Of a DNA stretch of 64,000 bases, positions 45,201 to 56,301 are shown one piece after another. A program made the translations under genes and the position numbers. This DNA is from Ferruginibacter sp. GTDB taxonomy: Bacteria; Bacteroidota; Bacteroidia; Chitinophagales; Chitinophagaceae. Location: positions 9,640 to 73,639 of the forward strand of contig JANOZW010000254.1 of the NCBI GenBank assembly GCA_031429575.1. The letters run 5' to 3'. Position 1 is the first letter of the stretch. Each line of letters starts with the position of its first letter. The notes under the pieces were generated by a model, which saw nothing but the letters and a program-made list of their open reading frames with translations, ran no database searches and had not been told where the DNA came from.

Positions 45201-46082
45201 ATGAAAAAAGTAAAAAAAAGATATACTTATTTTGGGATGATTCTTATTGGTTTGGCAATTTTTATTGCTGCTTGCCAAAAACAAGTTGATGAATCAATTC
45301 GCAACTCAGATACCAAAAAGGTATCTATTTATCTTACAGATGACCCGTGCAACTTCGATTCTTTATTTGTGGATATTCGTTACGTAGAAATAAAAATTGA
45401 CACATCTAAAAAACACAGAGATGATGACGATCATGGAGATGATGATGATGATGGAGATGATGACCATCACAACCACGACTCCTACGGTTATTGGGATACA
45501 CTTAGTATAAATGCAGGTGTTTACAATATTTTAAAATTGAGAAATGGGCTTGACACATTGCTTGCGAGTGGTAATATTGCAGCAGGAAAAATTAGAAAAA
45601 TAAGAATAACACTTGGTACAAATAATTCAATAGTAGTTGGCGGTGTTACTAAGCCACTTACATTATTGGCTGGCACTAATCGTTATGTATATGTAAAAAT
45701 ACATAAGGATGATGAAGATGATCACATTTCAACACAAAGTACTATTTGGTTAGACTTTGATGTGTGCAAATCTATAAAACAAATTGGTGGGCAATATTAT
45801 CTCAAACCATATTTAAAAACATTTAGCAATAAAAAATCTGGAAGGGTTGAAGGGAAAATTTTGCCTCGTGCAGCATTGCCATTTATACAAATATTTAATG
45901 CAACAGATTCAGGTTTTGCCATACCAGAAAACGACGGTAGATATAAAATAAGGGGATTGAAACCTGGTGTGTATAAAATTATATTTTATGGTCACAATGG
46001 TTATTTTGATACCACTATTTCAAATATAAATGTTAACAGAGATAGAGAAACGCAAATTCAAACCATCACCTTACATAATTAA
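45201..46082 (+). CDS. DUF4382-like lipoprotein with an Asp/His-rich insert
   Basis: Lipobox IAA-C, IYLTDDP, VDIRYVEI, LDFDVCKSI...YYLKP. Confidence 0.8.
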   Translation: MKKVKKRYTYFGMILIGLAIFIAACQKQVDESIRNSDTKKVSIYLTDDPCNFDSLFVDIRYVEIKIDTSKKHRDDDDHGDDDDDGDDDHHNHDSYGYWDTLSINAGVYNILKLRNGLDTLLASGNIAAGKIRKIRITLGTNNSIVVGGVTKPLTLLAGTNRYVYVKIHKDDEDDHISTQSTIWLDFDVCKSIKQIGGQYYLKPYLKTFSNKKSGRVEGKILPRAALPFIQIFNATDSGFAIPENDGRYKIRGLKPGVYKIIFYGHNGYFDTTISNINVNRDRETQIQTITLHN

Positions 46083-46211
46083 TTTACCCCCTATGATTAA
46101 CTAAGGTCGGAATTTTTCAGGCCTTTTTTATTATGTGTATTTAAGAAAACTTCTTTGTGTAGTTATTATTTATCCAAATATTATTTACAACTTTGTAAAA
46201 ATATTTAATGA

Positions 46212-46721
46212 ATGAATTTTAAACCAACAGATAATAAAGAAACTATTTTTAATACTGTTTCAAATTATTTATCAGAAAAAGAGTTACGCATCGCCTCAAA
46301 AGATGAAACAAGACCATGGGGTGGTTTTTTTGTACTTGATGAAAGTGATGCCGATAAATTTATTACTGCTTTTTTCCCTCACCTAACAAATGCTGCATTA
46401 AATATTTCAGGAAAACTAAGTCCTAAAATATTGGTAGTAGCTCCTGATAAAAGATTGAGCTGGCAATACCACCATCGCCGTGCAGAAATATGGAAACTTA
46501 TAGCTGGCGAAGCCGCAGTAATGGTAAGTGATACAGATGAAGAAACAGACATAATACATTTAGCCAAGGGCGATATCATCGAATTAAAACAAGGCGAAAG
46601 GCACCGTTTAATAGGTACAGATAGTTGGGGTATTATTGCAGAAATTTGGAGGCATACCGATGCCGAAAACCCAAGCGATGAAGAAGATATTGTGCGGGTG
46701 CAGGATGATTTTGGAAGATAG
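46212..46721 (+). CDS. Cupin, mannose-6-phosphate isomerase-like
   Basis: RPWGGF, LSWQYHHRRAEIW, RHRL, SDEEDIVRVQDDFGR. Confidence 0.8.
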   Translation: MNFKPTDNKETIFNTVSNYLSEKELRIASKDETRPWGGFFVLDESDADKFITAFFPHLTNAALNISGKLSPKILVVAPDKRLSWQYHHRRAEIWKLIAGEAAVMVSDTDEETDIIHLAKGDIIELKQGERHRLIGTDSWGIIAEIWRHTDAENPSDEEDIVRVQDDFGR

Positions 46722-46790
46722 GCTTTCACTTCACATAATAAAGAAAATATCTTATAAAAAATTACAATCACATTTACCTTAAATTAATGT

Positions 46791-48236
46791 ATGCTTACAG
46801 AACTAGAACCAAAAGGCATTTGGAATAACTTTTCGTTATTAAATGCAGTACCACGTGCTTCCAAAAAAGAAAGACAAGTTATTGATTTTATAAAATCTTA
46901 TGGTAGTGCTTTACATCTTTCTGTATATGAAGATGAAGTGGGAAATGTAATTATAAAAAAGCCTGCTACCATTGGTATGGAAAGCAAACCGCCAGTTTGT
47001 TTGCAAAGCCATTTGGATATGGTACATCAAAAAAATAATGACACCAATTTTGATTTTGCCACCCAAGGTATAGATATGTACATAGACGGAGATTGGGTAA
47101 AAGCAAAAGGCACAACATTAGGCGCAGACAATGGAATGGGTGTTGCAGCCATCATGACTATTTTAGAAAGCACAGACATTCCACACCCTCCTATTGAAGC
47201 GTTGTTTACGATAGATGAAGAAACAGGAATGACTGGAGCACTTGCACTTAAAGGTGGATTATTAGATGCCAAATACATGCTTAACTTAGATACAGAAGAA
47301 GACAACGAACTTACCATTGGTTGCGCTGGAGGTATTGATGTTACAGGCACTGGCGTATATGAAGAAGTAAAACCTACCAGCAACTCAATTGCTTTTAAAA
47401 TTAATGTAAAAGGTTTAAAAGGTGGTCACTCTGGTGTTGAAATTCACAAAGGTTTGGCAAATGCAAATAAATTAATGAATCGTTTTTTGTGGAATACATC
47501 CAAGCATATAAATTTTGAAATAGCTAGTATTGATGGAGGCAGTTTAAGAAATGCCATACCGAGAGAATCTTTTGCAGAAATTTTTGTTTCAGAAAAAGAT
47601 GTTGCAGCATTTGAAAAATTAATAACTGAATACGCTGCTATTTATAAAAGCGAATATCAATTCAGTGACCCTAATCTAGCATTTGAATTTGAAAAAATAG
47701 CATCAACACAAAATGTGTTGGATGCAAAAACACACACCAATTTATTAAACAGTATTTATGCTATTCCCAATGGTATTTTTAGAATGGATAGCAATATTGC
47801 AGGGCTTGTGCAAACGAGTAATAATTTGGCTAAAGTAACTGTAAAAAATGGTAGCTACTCCATACAATGCTTAACCCGCAGTAGTGTAAACTCCGAAAAA
47901 ATGGATTTGGCAAATATGATTGAAGCCTCATTTAATTTAATGGGTGCAACTACAAATTTTGGTGGGGATTACCCAGGTTGGACTCCAAAACCAAATAATG
48001 AAATTGTGAAACTGATGGTAACAAAATATAAGGAGCTACATAATGACGAACCTTTGGTAAACGCTTGCCATGCAGGTTTGGAGTGTGGCATATTGGGCAC
48101 CAATTACCCTTCCATGCAAATGATATCTTTTGGACCTACCATTCACGGTGCGCATAGTCCAGATGAAAGAGTGAGTATTAGTAGCGTACAAAAATTTTGG
48201 AAATATTTATTGGCGGTTTTGAAAGATATAAATTGA
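46791..48236 (+). CDS. pepD: Aminoacyl-histidine dipeptidase
   Basis: LQSHLDMV, TTLGADNG, DEETGMTGA, GLKGGHSG, HAGLECG, GAHSPDE. Confidence 0.93.
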   Translation: MLTELEPKGIWNNFSLLNAVPRASKKERQVIDFIKSYGSALHLSVYEDEVGNVIIKKPATIGMESKPPVCLQSHLDMVHQKNNDTNFDFATQGIDMYIDGDWVKAKGTTLGADNGMGVAAIMTILESTDIPHPPIEALFTIDEETGMTGALALKGGLLDAKYMLNLDTEEDNELTIGCAGGIDVTGTGVYEEVKPTSNSIAFKINVKGLKGGHSGVEIHKGLANANKLMNRFLWNTSKHINFEIASIDGGSLRNAIPRESFAEIFVSEKDVAAFEKLITEYAAIYKSEYQFSDPNLAFEFEKIASTQNVLDAKTHTNLLNSIYAIPNGIFRMDSNIAGLVQTSNNLAKVTVKNGSYSIQCLTRSSVNSEKMDLANMIEASFNLMGATTNFGGDYPGWTPKPNNEIVKLMVTKYKELHNDEPLVNACHAGLECGILGTNYPSMQMISFGPTIHGAHSPDERVSISSVQKFWKYLLAVLKDIN

Positions 48237-48306
48237 TTGCCTAGTAAATTATTAATGCCAATATCAAAAAAAGATATTGGCATTTTTATAATATAAAAAA
48301 TACATT

Positions 48307-50154
48307 CTAATATCCTCTCACATCTCTCCCTTCCATAAAATTTATAAATGCTTTGTTGCATACACGGTTTCCACCAGGTGTAGGATAGTTGCCTGTAAAA
48401 TACCAATCACCTTTATTATTGGGGCAAGCTTCGTGTAAAGTTTCTATGGTTTGATAAATTACTTGCACAGGTATGATTACATCATCTGGTGTTATCAGTT
48501 GAGCAATTTTGTTTGATATTTCGCCAAGGGTAAATGGCTTATAAACCAACCGTACAAGATTTTCAGTATGCAGTTTGTTTTCTTGCTGAAGCACTTTACA
48601 TTTTTCTAAAATCTCTGTCAATAAACTTTCTTGTCCTTTTTCTTTTAGTAATGCTACAGCGGCTTTAAAGGCAATAAAATCACCCATCTTACTCATATCT
48701 ATGCCATAGCAATCAGGGTAACGAATTTGAGGAGCAGATGATACAACAATTATTTTTTTAGGCTTTAATCTGTTTAACATTCTAATGATACTTTCTTTTA
48801 GTGTTGTACCCCTCACGATGCTATCGTCAATTACCACTAATGTATCTTCATCTTTTTTTACAGTACCATACGTAATATCATATACGTGTTGCACCATTTC
48901 ATTTCGGCTACTATCTTCTGTAATAAACGTACGAAGTTTCACATCTTTTATGGCAATTTTTTCAATGCGAATTTTTCGGTTTATCATTTCCGATAATTTG
49001 GCATCATCAAAGTCTTTATTCCAACTCAGTATTCTTTCTTTTTTTATTTCGTTTAAATAATCTTCAGCGCCTTTTATTAAACCGTAAAAAGCCGTTTCTG
49101 CAGTGTTGGGTATAAAAGAAAAAATGGTGTTCTTTAAATCGTAGTCTATCGTTTTTAAAATAATAGGACTAAGGTTATAGCCAAGTGCTATTCTTTCTCT
49201 GTAAATTTTTTCATCACTACCTCTACTAAAATAAATGCGCTCAAAACTGCAAGCTTTTCTTTCTTGCGCAGGTACAATTTCTTCAATGCTATAACTGCCA
49301 TCTGCTTTTGCAATCAATGCCATACCGGGCATTAGCTCCTTTACTTCGTTTTCTTCTAAATTAAAAGCGGTACGTATAGCAGCACGCTCACTTGCCGCAA
49401 CAATTATTTCATCATTTACATAATAATACGATGGGCGAATGCCATGCGCATCCCTTACTGCAAATGCATCTCCATTGCCTGTAATACCTGCCACATGAAA
49501 ACCCCCATCAAACAGCGGCACTGCTTTTCTAAGCATATCTACAATATCTGGATTGCCAGGGTTTGCCTCATCTGCTTTTACGAGAAAATGATACAACACT
49601 TCCATCATAGCAGCAAGGTCACTTTGCTTTTCAAAATCACCTGGTACTCTGTTTATTAGCGCAAAAAGTTCTTCTGTATTCACCAAATTAAAATTACCTG
49701 CCAGGGTAAGGTTACGACTTGGTATGGTATGTTTTTTTATAAAAGGGTGGCAAAATTGCACATCATTTTTCCCCTGAGTACCATAGCGTAAATGGCCAAG
49801 CAGCACCTCTCCTAAAACAGGGATGTGCCCTTTCATTAAACCCGGATGGTTTTTTATATCGGGCTGGTATTTTTCTATTTCATTTATTTCGTTGCCTATT
49901 TGTTGAAACAAATCTGCAATAGGCTGCTGCGCACAACTGCGTATGCGATACAAAAAAGGATAACCTGGCTCAGTATTCAGTTTTACAGCAGCTATACCTG
50001 CGCCATCTTGCCCACGATTGTGCTGCTTTTCCATAAGCAAGTACAACTTATTAAGGCCATACAATACTGATTTGTGTTGCTGTTGGTAATAACTAAATGG
50101 TTTTCTTAGTCGAATGAAAGCTAGGCCGCATTCGTGTTTTATTGCATCGCTCAT
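48307..50154 (-). CDS. purF: Amidophosphoribosyltransferase
   Basis: KHEC-G Ntn start, HNRGQDGAG, HLRYGT, VIDDSIVRGTT, YGIDM. Confidence 0.93.
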   Translation of the reverse strand: MSDAIKHECGLAFIRLRKPFSYYQQQHKSVLYGLNKLYLLMEKQHNRGQDGAGIAAVKLNTEPGYPFLYRIRSCAQQPIADLFQQIGNEINEIEKYQPDIKNHPGLMKGHIPVLGEVLLGHLRYGTQGKNDVQFCHPFIKKHTIPSRNLTLAGNFNLVNTEELFALINRVPGDFEKQSDLAAMMEVLYHFLVKADEANPGNPDIVDMLRKAVPLFDGGFHVAGITGNGDAFAVRDAHGIRPSYYYVNDEIIVAASERAAIRTAFNLEENEVKELMPGMALIAKADGSYSIEEIVPAQERKACSFERIYFSRGSDEKIYRERIALGYNLSPIILKTIDYDLKNTIFSFIPNTAETAFYGLIKGAEDYLNEIKKERILSWNKDFDDAKLSEMINRKIRIEKIAIKDVKLRTFITEDSSRNEMVQHVYDITYGTVKKDEDTLVVIDDSIVRGTTLKESIIRMLNRLKPKKIIVVSSAPQIRYPDCYGIDMSKMGDFIAFKAAVALLKEKGQESLLTEILEKCKVLQQENKLHTENLVRLVYKPFTLGEISNKIAQLITPDDVIIPVQVIYQTIETLHEACPNNKGDWYFTGNYPTPGGNRVCNKAFINFMEGRDVRGY

Positions 50155-50218
50155 TACAGAAATCTGTTGTGCTTGTGAGGTAGAAATTGCAAAATTAGTT
50201 TATTAGCATACAGCAAAC

Positions 50219-50248
50219 AAAAAACCCTCTTGAAACAGAGGGTTTTTT
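50219..50248 (-). terminator. Intrinsic terminator
   Basis: AAAAAACCCTCT-TGAAAC-AGAGGGTTTTTT. Confidence 0.8.
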
Positions 50249-50268
50249 ACAAACAATATATTAATAGC

Positions 50269-50988
50269 CTATAAACCACTAATGGTAAGACCAATTTGTA
50301 TCAACTTAGTATCTGGTGCTACGCCATCTTTAAATAGGCTTGTAAGTCCGTAAGAGCCATATAAACTGAAAATACCATACCCCACACGTGCAGTAGCAGC
50401 TATTCTTGTTCCGTTAAAAAAGTTTTTAGAGTTTTCTTTAACCGTAAGTGCATTTATTTTTGTACCTGCAGAATTTTGCAATGTTTTTCCTTTGGTATGT
50501 GCATTAAGCAATGTGCCTAATTTTACCCCGATAGCTCCTTTAATAGATTTGTTAGGGTTAGAAGGATCCGCAGTAAACCTAAGCTCTAACGGAATTTCTA
50601 AATATGCGGTAGCCAATTTATATTTCTTATAGTTGTTACCTGTATCAGTTCTTACAAAAGGTAAAACAGATTTTGCAGCTGCTATATTAACCTGCATTTT
50701 TTTAAAATAAATATTACTTGTACCAAATCCAATACCTGCTGCTATGCTAAATTTTGGGCTATTTTTAAATTGCTTGTTATACATTACATATATATTGGCA
50801 CTACGGTTAAATCCTTTAATATAATTGCTAACACTATCTGCTGTACCACTCCATATGTTTGTACCTACTTGAAACATAAAATGATCTGCTGCACGATCTG
50901 TTATTGTTTTTTCTTTTTTAGTAGTAGTTTGTGCAAAAGCACTAGCCGTAACCAACACTGCAAAAAGTATAATTGATATTTTTCTCAT
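50269..50988 (-). CDS. Outer-membrane beta-barrel (porin-family) protein
   Basis: Signal peptide, YLEIPLELRF, ARVGYGIFSLY, C-terminal IGLTISGL. Confidence 0.75.
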   Translation of the reverse strand: MRKISIILFAVLVTASAFAQTTTKKEKTITDRAADHFMFQVGTNIWSGTADSVSNYIKGFNRSANIYVMYNKQFKNSPKFSIAAGIGFGTSNIYFKKMQVNIAAAKSVLPFVRTDTGNNYKKYKLATAYLEIPLELRFTADPSNPNKSIKGAIGVKLGTLLNAHTKGKTLQNSAGTKINALTVKENSKNFFNGTRIAATARVGYGIFSLYGSYGLTSLFKDGVAPDTKLIQIGLTISGL

Positions 50989-51047
50989 AAAAAGTTCTTA
51001 GCCCGCAAAAATACTTGTGCAGGGGTTAACGAAAGGTTAAACATTAT

Positions 51048-51084
51048 AAAAAACAGTCCCTACACTGGGTGTAGGGACTGTTTT
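51048..51084 (-). terminator. Terminator after the tRNA
   Basis: AAAACAGTCCCTACAC-TGG-GTGTAGGGACTGTTTT perfect stem. Confidence 0.85.
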
Positions 51085-51087
51085 GTG

Positions 51088-51161
51088 TGGGCCCACCTGG
51101 GCTCGAACCAGGGACCACCTGATTATGAGTCAGGTGCTCTAACCAACTGAGCTATAGGCCC
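51088..51161 (-). tRNA. tRNA with CAT anticodon, most likely tRNA-Ile2 (lysidine); CCA not encoded
   Basis: GGGCCTA-TAGCTCAGTTGGTTAGAGC-ACCTGA-CTCATAA-TCAGGT-GGTC-CCTGG-TTCGAGC-CCAGG-TGGGCCC-A; lacks the initiator GGG/CCC anticodon stem. Confidence 0.9.
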
Positions 51162-51259
51162 TTTCTTATAATAAAAAGTTTTTACAAACAATCTATTTTT
51201 GAAGAAGGATTGTAAAAGTAAGCAAATTCGGATATTTGCAAAAATATAAATAGAAAATA

Positions 51260-51883
51260 ATGGCAGAATTAAAGAATATCATCTTCGATTTGGGAGCAGT
51301 GCTTATAAATATTGACTATAAAAAAACAGAAAGAGCCTTTATTGCATTAGGGGTTGAAAATTTTGAAACCATGTATTCCCAATTTACAGCGGATGCTATT
51401 TTTGAAAAATTAGAAACAGGGAAAATAAGCAATGCAGATTTTTATGATAAACTCATTTCTTTAGGTGATAATAAGATTACAGCCGCACAAATAAAAAATG
51501 CTTGGAATGGACTGGTTCTGGACTGGCGTGCGGAAAGTTTGAATTTTTTAGAAGCGCTTTCTCCAAAATACAAGCTTTTTTTGTTAAGTAATACCAATGC
51601 TATTCATCATGAGTGTTTTATCAATAGCCTAAAAATTGAAACCAATAGAACAGAAATAGATAGTTTATTTACCAAAGCATATTACTCTCACGAAATACAT
51701 TTTAGAAAGCCAAATGCAAATATTTTTGAATTTGTAGCGAAGGATGCTAAAATAAACATGGAAGAAACACTGTTTATAGATGATTCTAGTAATAATATTG
51801 ACATGGCAAAATTATTAGGTTTTAAATCACATTTGCTGCTCGAGGGGGAAAGAATTGAAAACCTCAATTACAATGATTATTAA
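51260..51883 (+). CDS. HAD-superfamily phosphatase
   Basis: IIFDLGAVL, LLSNTN, RKP, FIDD. Confidence 0.9.
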   Translation: MAELKNIIFDLGAVLINIDYKKTERAFIALGVENFETMYSQFTADAIFEKLETGKISNADFYDKLISLGDNKITAAQIKNAWNGLVLDWRAESLNFLEALSPKYKLFLLSNTNAIHHECFINSLKIETNRTEIDSLFTKAYYSHEIHFRKPNANIFEFVAKDAKINMEETLFIDDSSNNIDMAKLLGFKSHLLLEGERIENLNYNDY

Positions 51884-51885
51884 AA

Positions 51886-53433
51886 TTATCTTGGCTTCTG
51901 TGCCAAAAACTTTTCCCTAATAATATTTTCTACTGGCACATCCTTAAGTTTACTTTCTATCCATGATATTACATCTAAATAAACAAAGGCTCTGGTTTCA
52001 AAACGATTTTGCTCATGTGCTTTTAGTTTTACCAATAATTGTTGCAACGCTGGTTTTATATCTTTTGGCTCTACATGAAATGATTTTCGAAGAAAATTAA
52101 AGATATCTTCTTCTACCGTACTCATGTTTTCCATTTTGGCCATAAAACGATAGACCGATTTTATGAGGTACTCAATTAAAGTATAATTACCCAATTCGTA
52201 ATGTGCTATTAACTGCAACAAACGACTGTAACACTGTAAGTCTGTTCTTAGATCAACTTTCCAGTTAATAATTTTATTTAAGTAATCTATAGCTGTGCTA
52301 CTATCACCGCTGCCAAAATACAAAGAAGCAATTTTATAATAAAAAATAAGTACCCGATGTTTATCCAAATACATGTCAAATTCATCCAACTGCTTTATCA
52401 ATGCGGGTATCATGGCCAAGCCTTCAGTAAAAGTACCTTCGGTAAAATGTAAATTTATTTTTGTGGTATATAAATAGGTAAAGGTTTGTATTTTATTATT
52501 TTCATTATTTAGCACAATATCTTCTTGCGTAAATGTTTCAAACTTTTCAATGGTTTCCTTTAATTTTTTTGCATTGCGGAGATTGAAATGTGCGCCCATT
52601 AAATTGTGCATACCTTTTATGTAGTGCATGGTTTCTATCTCAATCATATGCGGTTCTTCCAAAAATAAATCCACCCATTTTTGTGCATACCGATAGTACA
52701 TTAAAAAATCTTGGCAAATAAACGCTCGCCAACAATGGCATTGGTACAAGTACAATTTTTCGTAAAATGTATTTACCAAGGCAGTGTTTTCTGCTAAGCC
52801 ATTTTTAAATATTTTTTTAATACTGTCTTCTTCTTTCTTTGTTCTGGCATGCCCATTTTTTATGTACCAGCCGTATAATTTTAATGCTAAGCTCGAAAGT
52901 ATATTTATGCTTGTAATTTTTTCTGCTGCATTTTTAGATTCTTCTGCTATCTCTTCTGCCCTATTTTCGATACTTCTAGTTAAATAAAGTCCTTCTATTT
53001 TCTTTTCAAAAAAAAGCACTTGTATTAAATACGTTATTTGATTATTGGCTGCAGCTATGCGTTTAGTTTTATCTAAAATATTTAAACTTTGCAAATACAA
53101 TCCTTTGTTGTACAATATTCTTGCATGATCCATCTGCTCGTGTAGCTGCAAATCTATATTGTCCACATCTTTTATTAAACGTAGGCTATCTAAAATTTGC
53201 TTGTACAAATTGGCGCTGATGTTAGACAATTGTTGCTTGCTAATAGCAGGGTTTTTTTTGAGCAACAGCACTTCATTGTAATCCTCCATTTTATCTAATG
53301 CATCAAAAAGCTTTACCGTTTTTAAATTATCGGTTTCGGTATTTCTATTGGCAAATAGTTTAAAATTTCGCTTTTCTGATTTTTTAAGCGATTTTATTAA
53401 GAGAAATAAGGCATTGTTAGAGCGATTAGGCAT
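51886..53433 (-). CDS. Conserved hypothetical helical (TPR-like) protein divergent from leuA
   Basis: LFLLIKSLKKSEKRNFKLF N-terminus, helical repeat-like body. Confidence 0.7.
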   Translation of the reverse strand: MPNRSNNALFLLIKSLKKSEKRNFKLFANRNTETDNLKTVKLFDALDKMEDYNEVLLLKKNPAISKQQLSNISANLYKQILDSLRLIKDVDNIDLQLHEQMDHARILYNKGLYLQSLNILDKTKRIAAANNQITYLIQVLFFEKKIEGLYLTRSIENRAEEIAEESKNAAEKITSINILSSLALKLYGWYIKNGHARTKKEEDSIKKIFKNGLAENTALVNTFYEKLYLYQCHCWRAFICQDFLMYYRYAQKWVDLFLEEPHMIEIETMHYIKGMHNLMGAHFNLRNAKKLKETIEKFETFTQEDIVLNNENNKIQTFTYLYTTKINLHFTEGTFTEGLAMIPALIKQLDEFDMYLDKHRVLIFYYKIASLYFGSGDSSTAIDYLNKIINWKVDLRTDLQCYSRLLQLIAHYELGNYTLIEYLIKSVYRFMAKMENMSTVEEDIFNFLRKSFHVEPKDIKPALQQLLVKLKAHEQNRFETRAFVYLDVISWIESKLKDVPVENIIREKFLAQKPR

Positions 53434-53612
53434 TGTAATAATTTATAGCTAAAAACCTTTGCTAGCTTATGTTTTAACATAAAATAGACTTTTTGTATGT
53501 TGTAAAAATAACGTAAATATGAATGTGTATTGAAAAATAATCATCCTAACTTAGAAATAATGAGAAAGTGTAGAATGAATATTTTCTCTTTTTATAAACA
53601 ATTCAAAGTGCC

Positions 53613-54785
53613 ATGAACACAAATAAAATTTTAATTTTTGATACAACATTAAGGGATGGTGAGCAAGTACCAGGTTGTAAATTAAATACGAAAGAAAAAG
53701 TGGCTTTGGCACTTGAGTTGGAAAATTTAGGTGTTGATATTATTGAAGCGGGTTTTCCCATTTCTTCTGCAGGCGATTTTGAAAGTGTGGAAGCAATATC
53801 AAAAATTTTGAAAAATACGATAGTGTGTGGCTTAAGCAGAGCGGTAGAAAAAGATATTGAAACAGCTGCTGCTGCATTAAAGTATGCTAAACGCCCAAGG
53901 ATACACACAGGTATTGGCACATCTGACTACCACATAAAATCTAAATTTAATGCTACGCAAGATGAGATTTTGGCACGAGCCATACAATGTGTACAATGGG
54001 CAAGAAATTTTACAGATGATGTAGAATTTTATGCAGAAGATGCAGGCAGAACAGACAATGAATATTTGGCAAGGGTAATAGAAGCGGTGATAAAAGCAGG
54101 AGCAACAACCGTAAATATTCCTGATACAACGGGTTATTGTTTGCCGCATGAGTATGGAAATAAAATTGCATTTCTCGTAAATAATGTACCCAATATTGAT
54201 AAAGCTATAATAAGTTGTCATTGCCACAACGATCTAGGATTGGCTACAGCAAACAGTATTGCAGGAATTATAAATGGTGCAAGACAAATAGAATGTACTA
54301 TTAACGGATTGGGAGAAAGAGCAGGCAATACTTCGCTTGAAGAAGTAGTGATGGTGATAAAGCAACACAAAGAATTAAATTTTTATACAGATGTAAATGC
54401 AAAGTTGCTAAACCCAATGAGCAGAAATGTGAGCGATACCATGCGTATGCCAGTGCAGCCCAACAAGGCTATCGTAGGTAGCAATGCATTTTCGCATTCA
54501 TCTGGCATACACCAAGATGGGTTTTTGAAAAATGCCCAGACGTATGAAATTATAAACCCTGATGAAGTGGGAGCGGATAGTTCTAAAATTATTTTAACAG
54601 CAAGAAGTGGTAGAAGTGCTTTGGCGTATAGGTTTCAGAACTTAGGATTTGTATTTGATAGAAATGATATTGATGCATTATATGAAGAATTTGAAAAAGT
54701 GGCAGATATAAAAAAAGAAATTGTGGATAGTGATTTGAAGGAGTTAGCAACTGCGTATAATAATAGTATAGTGGTTAATAATTAA
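53613..54785 (+). CDS. leuA: 2-isopropylmalate synthase, short form
   Basis: [38 protein letters not shown]; 390 aa. Confidence 0.9.
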   Translation: MNTNKILIFDTTLRDGEQVPGCKLNTKEKVALALELENLGVDIIEAGFPISSAGDFESVEAISKILKNTIVCGLSRAVEKDIETAAAALKYAKRPRIHTGIGTSDYHIKSKFNATQDEILARAIQCVQWARNFTDDVEFYAEDAGRTDNEYLARVIEAVIKAGATTVNIPDTTGYCLPHEYGNKIAFLVNNVPNIDKAIISCHCHNDLGLATANSIAGIINGARQIECTINGLGERAGNTSLEEVVMVIKQHKELNFYTDVNAKLLNPMSRNVSDTMRMPVQPNKAIVGSNAFSHSSGIHQDGFLKNAQTYEIINPDEVGADSSKIILTARSGRSALAYRFQNLGFVFDRNDIDALYEEFEKVADIKKEIVDSDLKELATAYNNSIVVNN

Positions 54786-54808
54786 AAAAGATTGATTTTA
54801 GTAAGAAT

Positions 54809-54873
54809 GTCAGGGTGAGCTTGTCGAACCCGACGTAGTATAATAAACCCATCTTCGACAAGCTCAGACTGAC
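54809..54873. repeat. REP doublet (GTCAGxxTGAGCTTGTCGAA inverted pair)
   Basis: 54809-54828 and 54854-54873 are reverse complements with 2 mismatches. Confidence 0.85.
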
Positions 54874-54897
54874 AGTTCATTAATTTGAAAATATAAA

Positions 54898-56298
54898 ATG
54901 GCAAAAACATTATTCGATAAAATTTGGGACAAGCACACCGTAAAAGAAATAGACGGTGGCATCACCGTATTGTATATTGATAAACATTTAATACATGAAG
55001 TAACGAGCCCGCAAGCATTTAAAGGCATTGAAAACAGAGGGGTATCAGTTTTTAGGCCAAACCAAATTGTAGCCACAGCTGATCATAATGTACCAACCAT
55101 TAACCAACATCTACCCATAAAAGATGAATTGGGAAGATTGCAGGTGGAAAAGTTAATAGAGAATTGTAAAAATCATAATATAGAATTATATGGCCTTGGG
55201 CACAAATACCAAGGCATTGTGCATGTGATTGGGCCTGAGCTTGGCATAACACAACCCGGTATGACGATTGTGTGCGGAGACAGCCATACATCTACACATG
55301 GCGCATTTGGATGCATTGCATTTGGCATAGGCACGAGCGAAGTAGAAATGGTTTTTGCAACACAATGTGTAATGCAGAGCAGACCCAAAACCATGCGAAT
55401 AAATGTAGATGGTGTTTTGAGTAAGGGCGTTTTATCGAAAGATATTGTGTTGTATATTTTAGCACAAATAACAGCTAGTGGGGCTACAGGTTATGCCGTA
55501 GAATTTGCAGGCTCTACCATTCGCAGTTTAAGCATGGAAGCTCGTATGACCATTTGTAACATGAGCATAGAAATGGGTGGGCGATGTGGATTGATAGCAC
55601 CAGATGAAACAACTTTTGATTACATAAAAGGCAGACAATTTGCACCAGTCGATACAGCTTGGGATGCGGCTCTGGCAAAATGGAAAACATTATTCAGCGA
55701 TGATGATGCAATATTTGATAAAGAAATTTTTATAAAAGCAGAAGATATATCCCCAATGATTACATATGGCACCAACCCTGGTATGGGCATTGCGATTAGC
55801 GCAATCATACCAGCGGTTGATACTATTAACGAAAGCGATAAAGCGGGTTTTGTAAAATCACTTGCGTACATGGGTTTGCAAGAAGGTAAAAAAATTGCAG
55901 GACAAAAAATAGATTATGTATTTATTGGAAGCTGCACCAATAGCCGCATTGAAGACTTGCGTATGGTGGCCAATTTTGTAAAAGGAAAAACAAAATCTGC
56001 TGATGTAGAAGTGTGGATTGTGCCAGGCAGCAAGCAAGTAGAACAACAAGCCATTGAAGAAGGCATTGATAAGATATTTATTGAAGCGGGGTTTCAACTG
56101 CGCCAACCGGGTTGTAGTGCATGCTTGGGAATGAATGAAGATAAAATACCTGCTGGTAAATATTGTATAAGTACAAGCAATAGAAATTTTGAAGGAAGGC
56201 AAGGCGCAGGTGCAAGAACATTATTGGCAAGTCCGCTAAGTGCGGCGGCGGCGGCTATTACAGGCTACATCACTGATGTACGTGAACTATTAAATTAA
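54898..56298 (+). CDS. leuC: 3-isopropylmalate dehydratase large subunit
   Basis: [48 protein letters not shown]. Confidence 0.97.
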   Translation: MAKTLFDKIWDKHTVKEIDGGITVLYIDKHLIHEVTSPQAFKGIENRGVSVFRPNQIVATADHNVPTINQHLPIKDELGRLQVEKLIENCKNHNIELYGLGHKYQGIVHVIGPELGITQPGMTIVCGDSHTSTHGAFGCIAFGIGTSEVEMVFATQCVMQSRPKTMRINVDGVLSKGVLSKDIVLYILAQITASGATGYAVEFAGSTIRSLSMEARMTICNMSIEMGGRCGLIAPDETTFDYIKGRQFAPVDTAWDAALAKWKTLFSDDDAIFDKEIFIKAEDISPMITYGTNPGMGIAISAIIPAVDTINESDKAGFVKSLAYMGLQEGKKIAGQKIDYVFIGSCTNSRIEDLRMVANFVKGKTKSADVEVWIVPGSKQVEQQAIEEGIDKIFIEAGFQLRQPGCSACLGMNEDKIPAGKYCISTSNRNFEGRQGAGARTLLASPLSAAAAAITGYITDVRELLN

Positions 56299-56301
56299 TT
56301 T

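Noticed and set aside
51088-51161. tRNA as an island integration site
   Set aside because: No integrase, no duplicated tRNA 3' end and housekeeping-type flanks
53434-53612. Leu attenuator before leuA
   Set aside because: Short ORFs there are not Leu-rich and no terminator hairpin is evident
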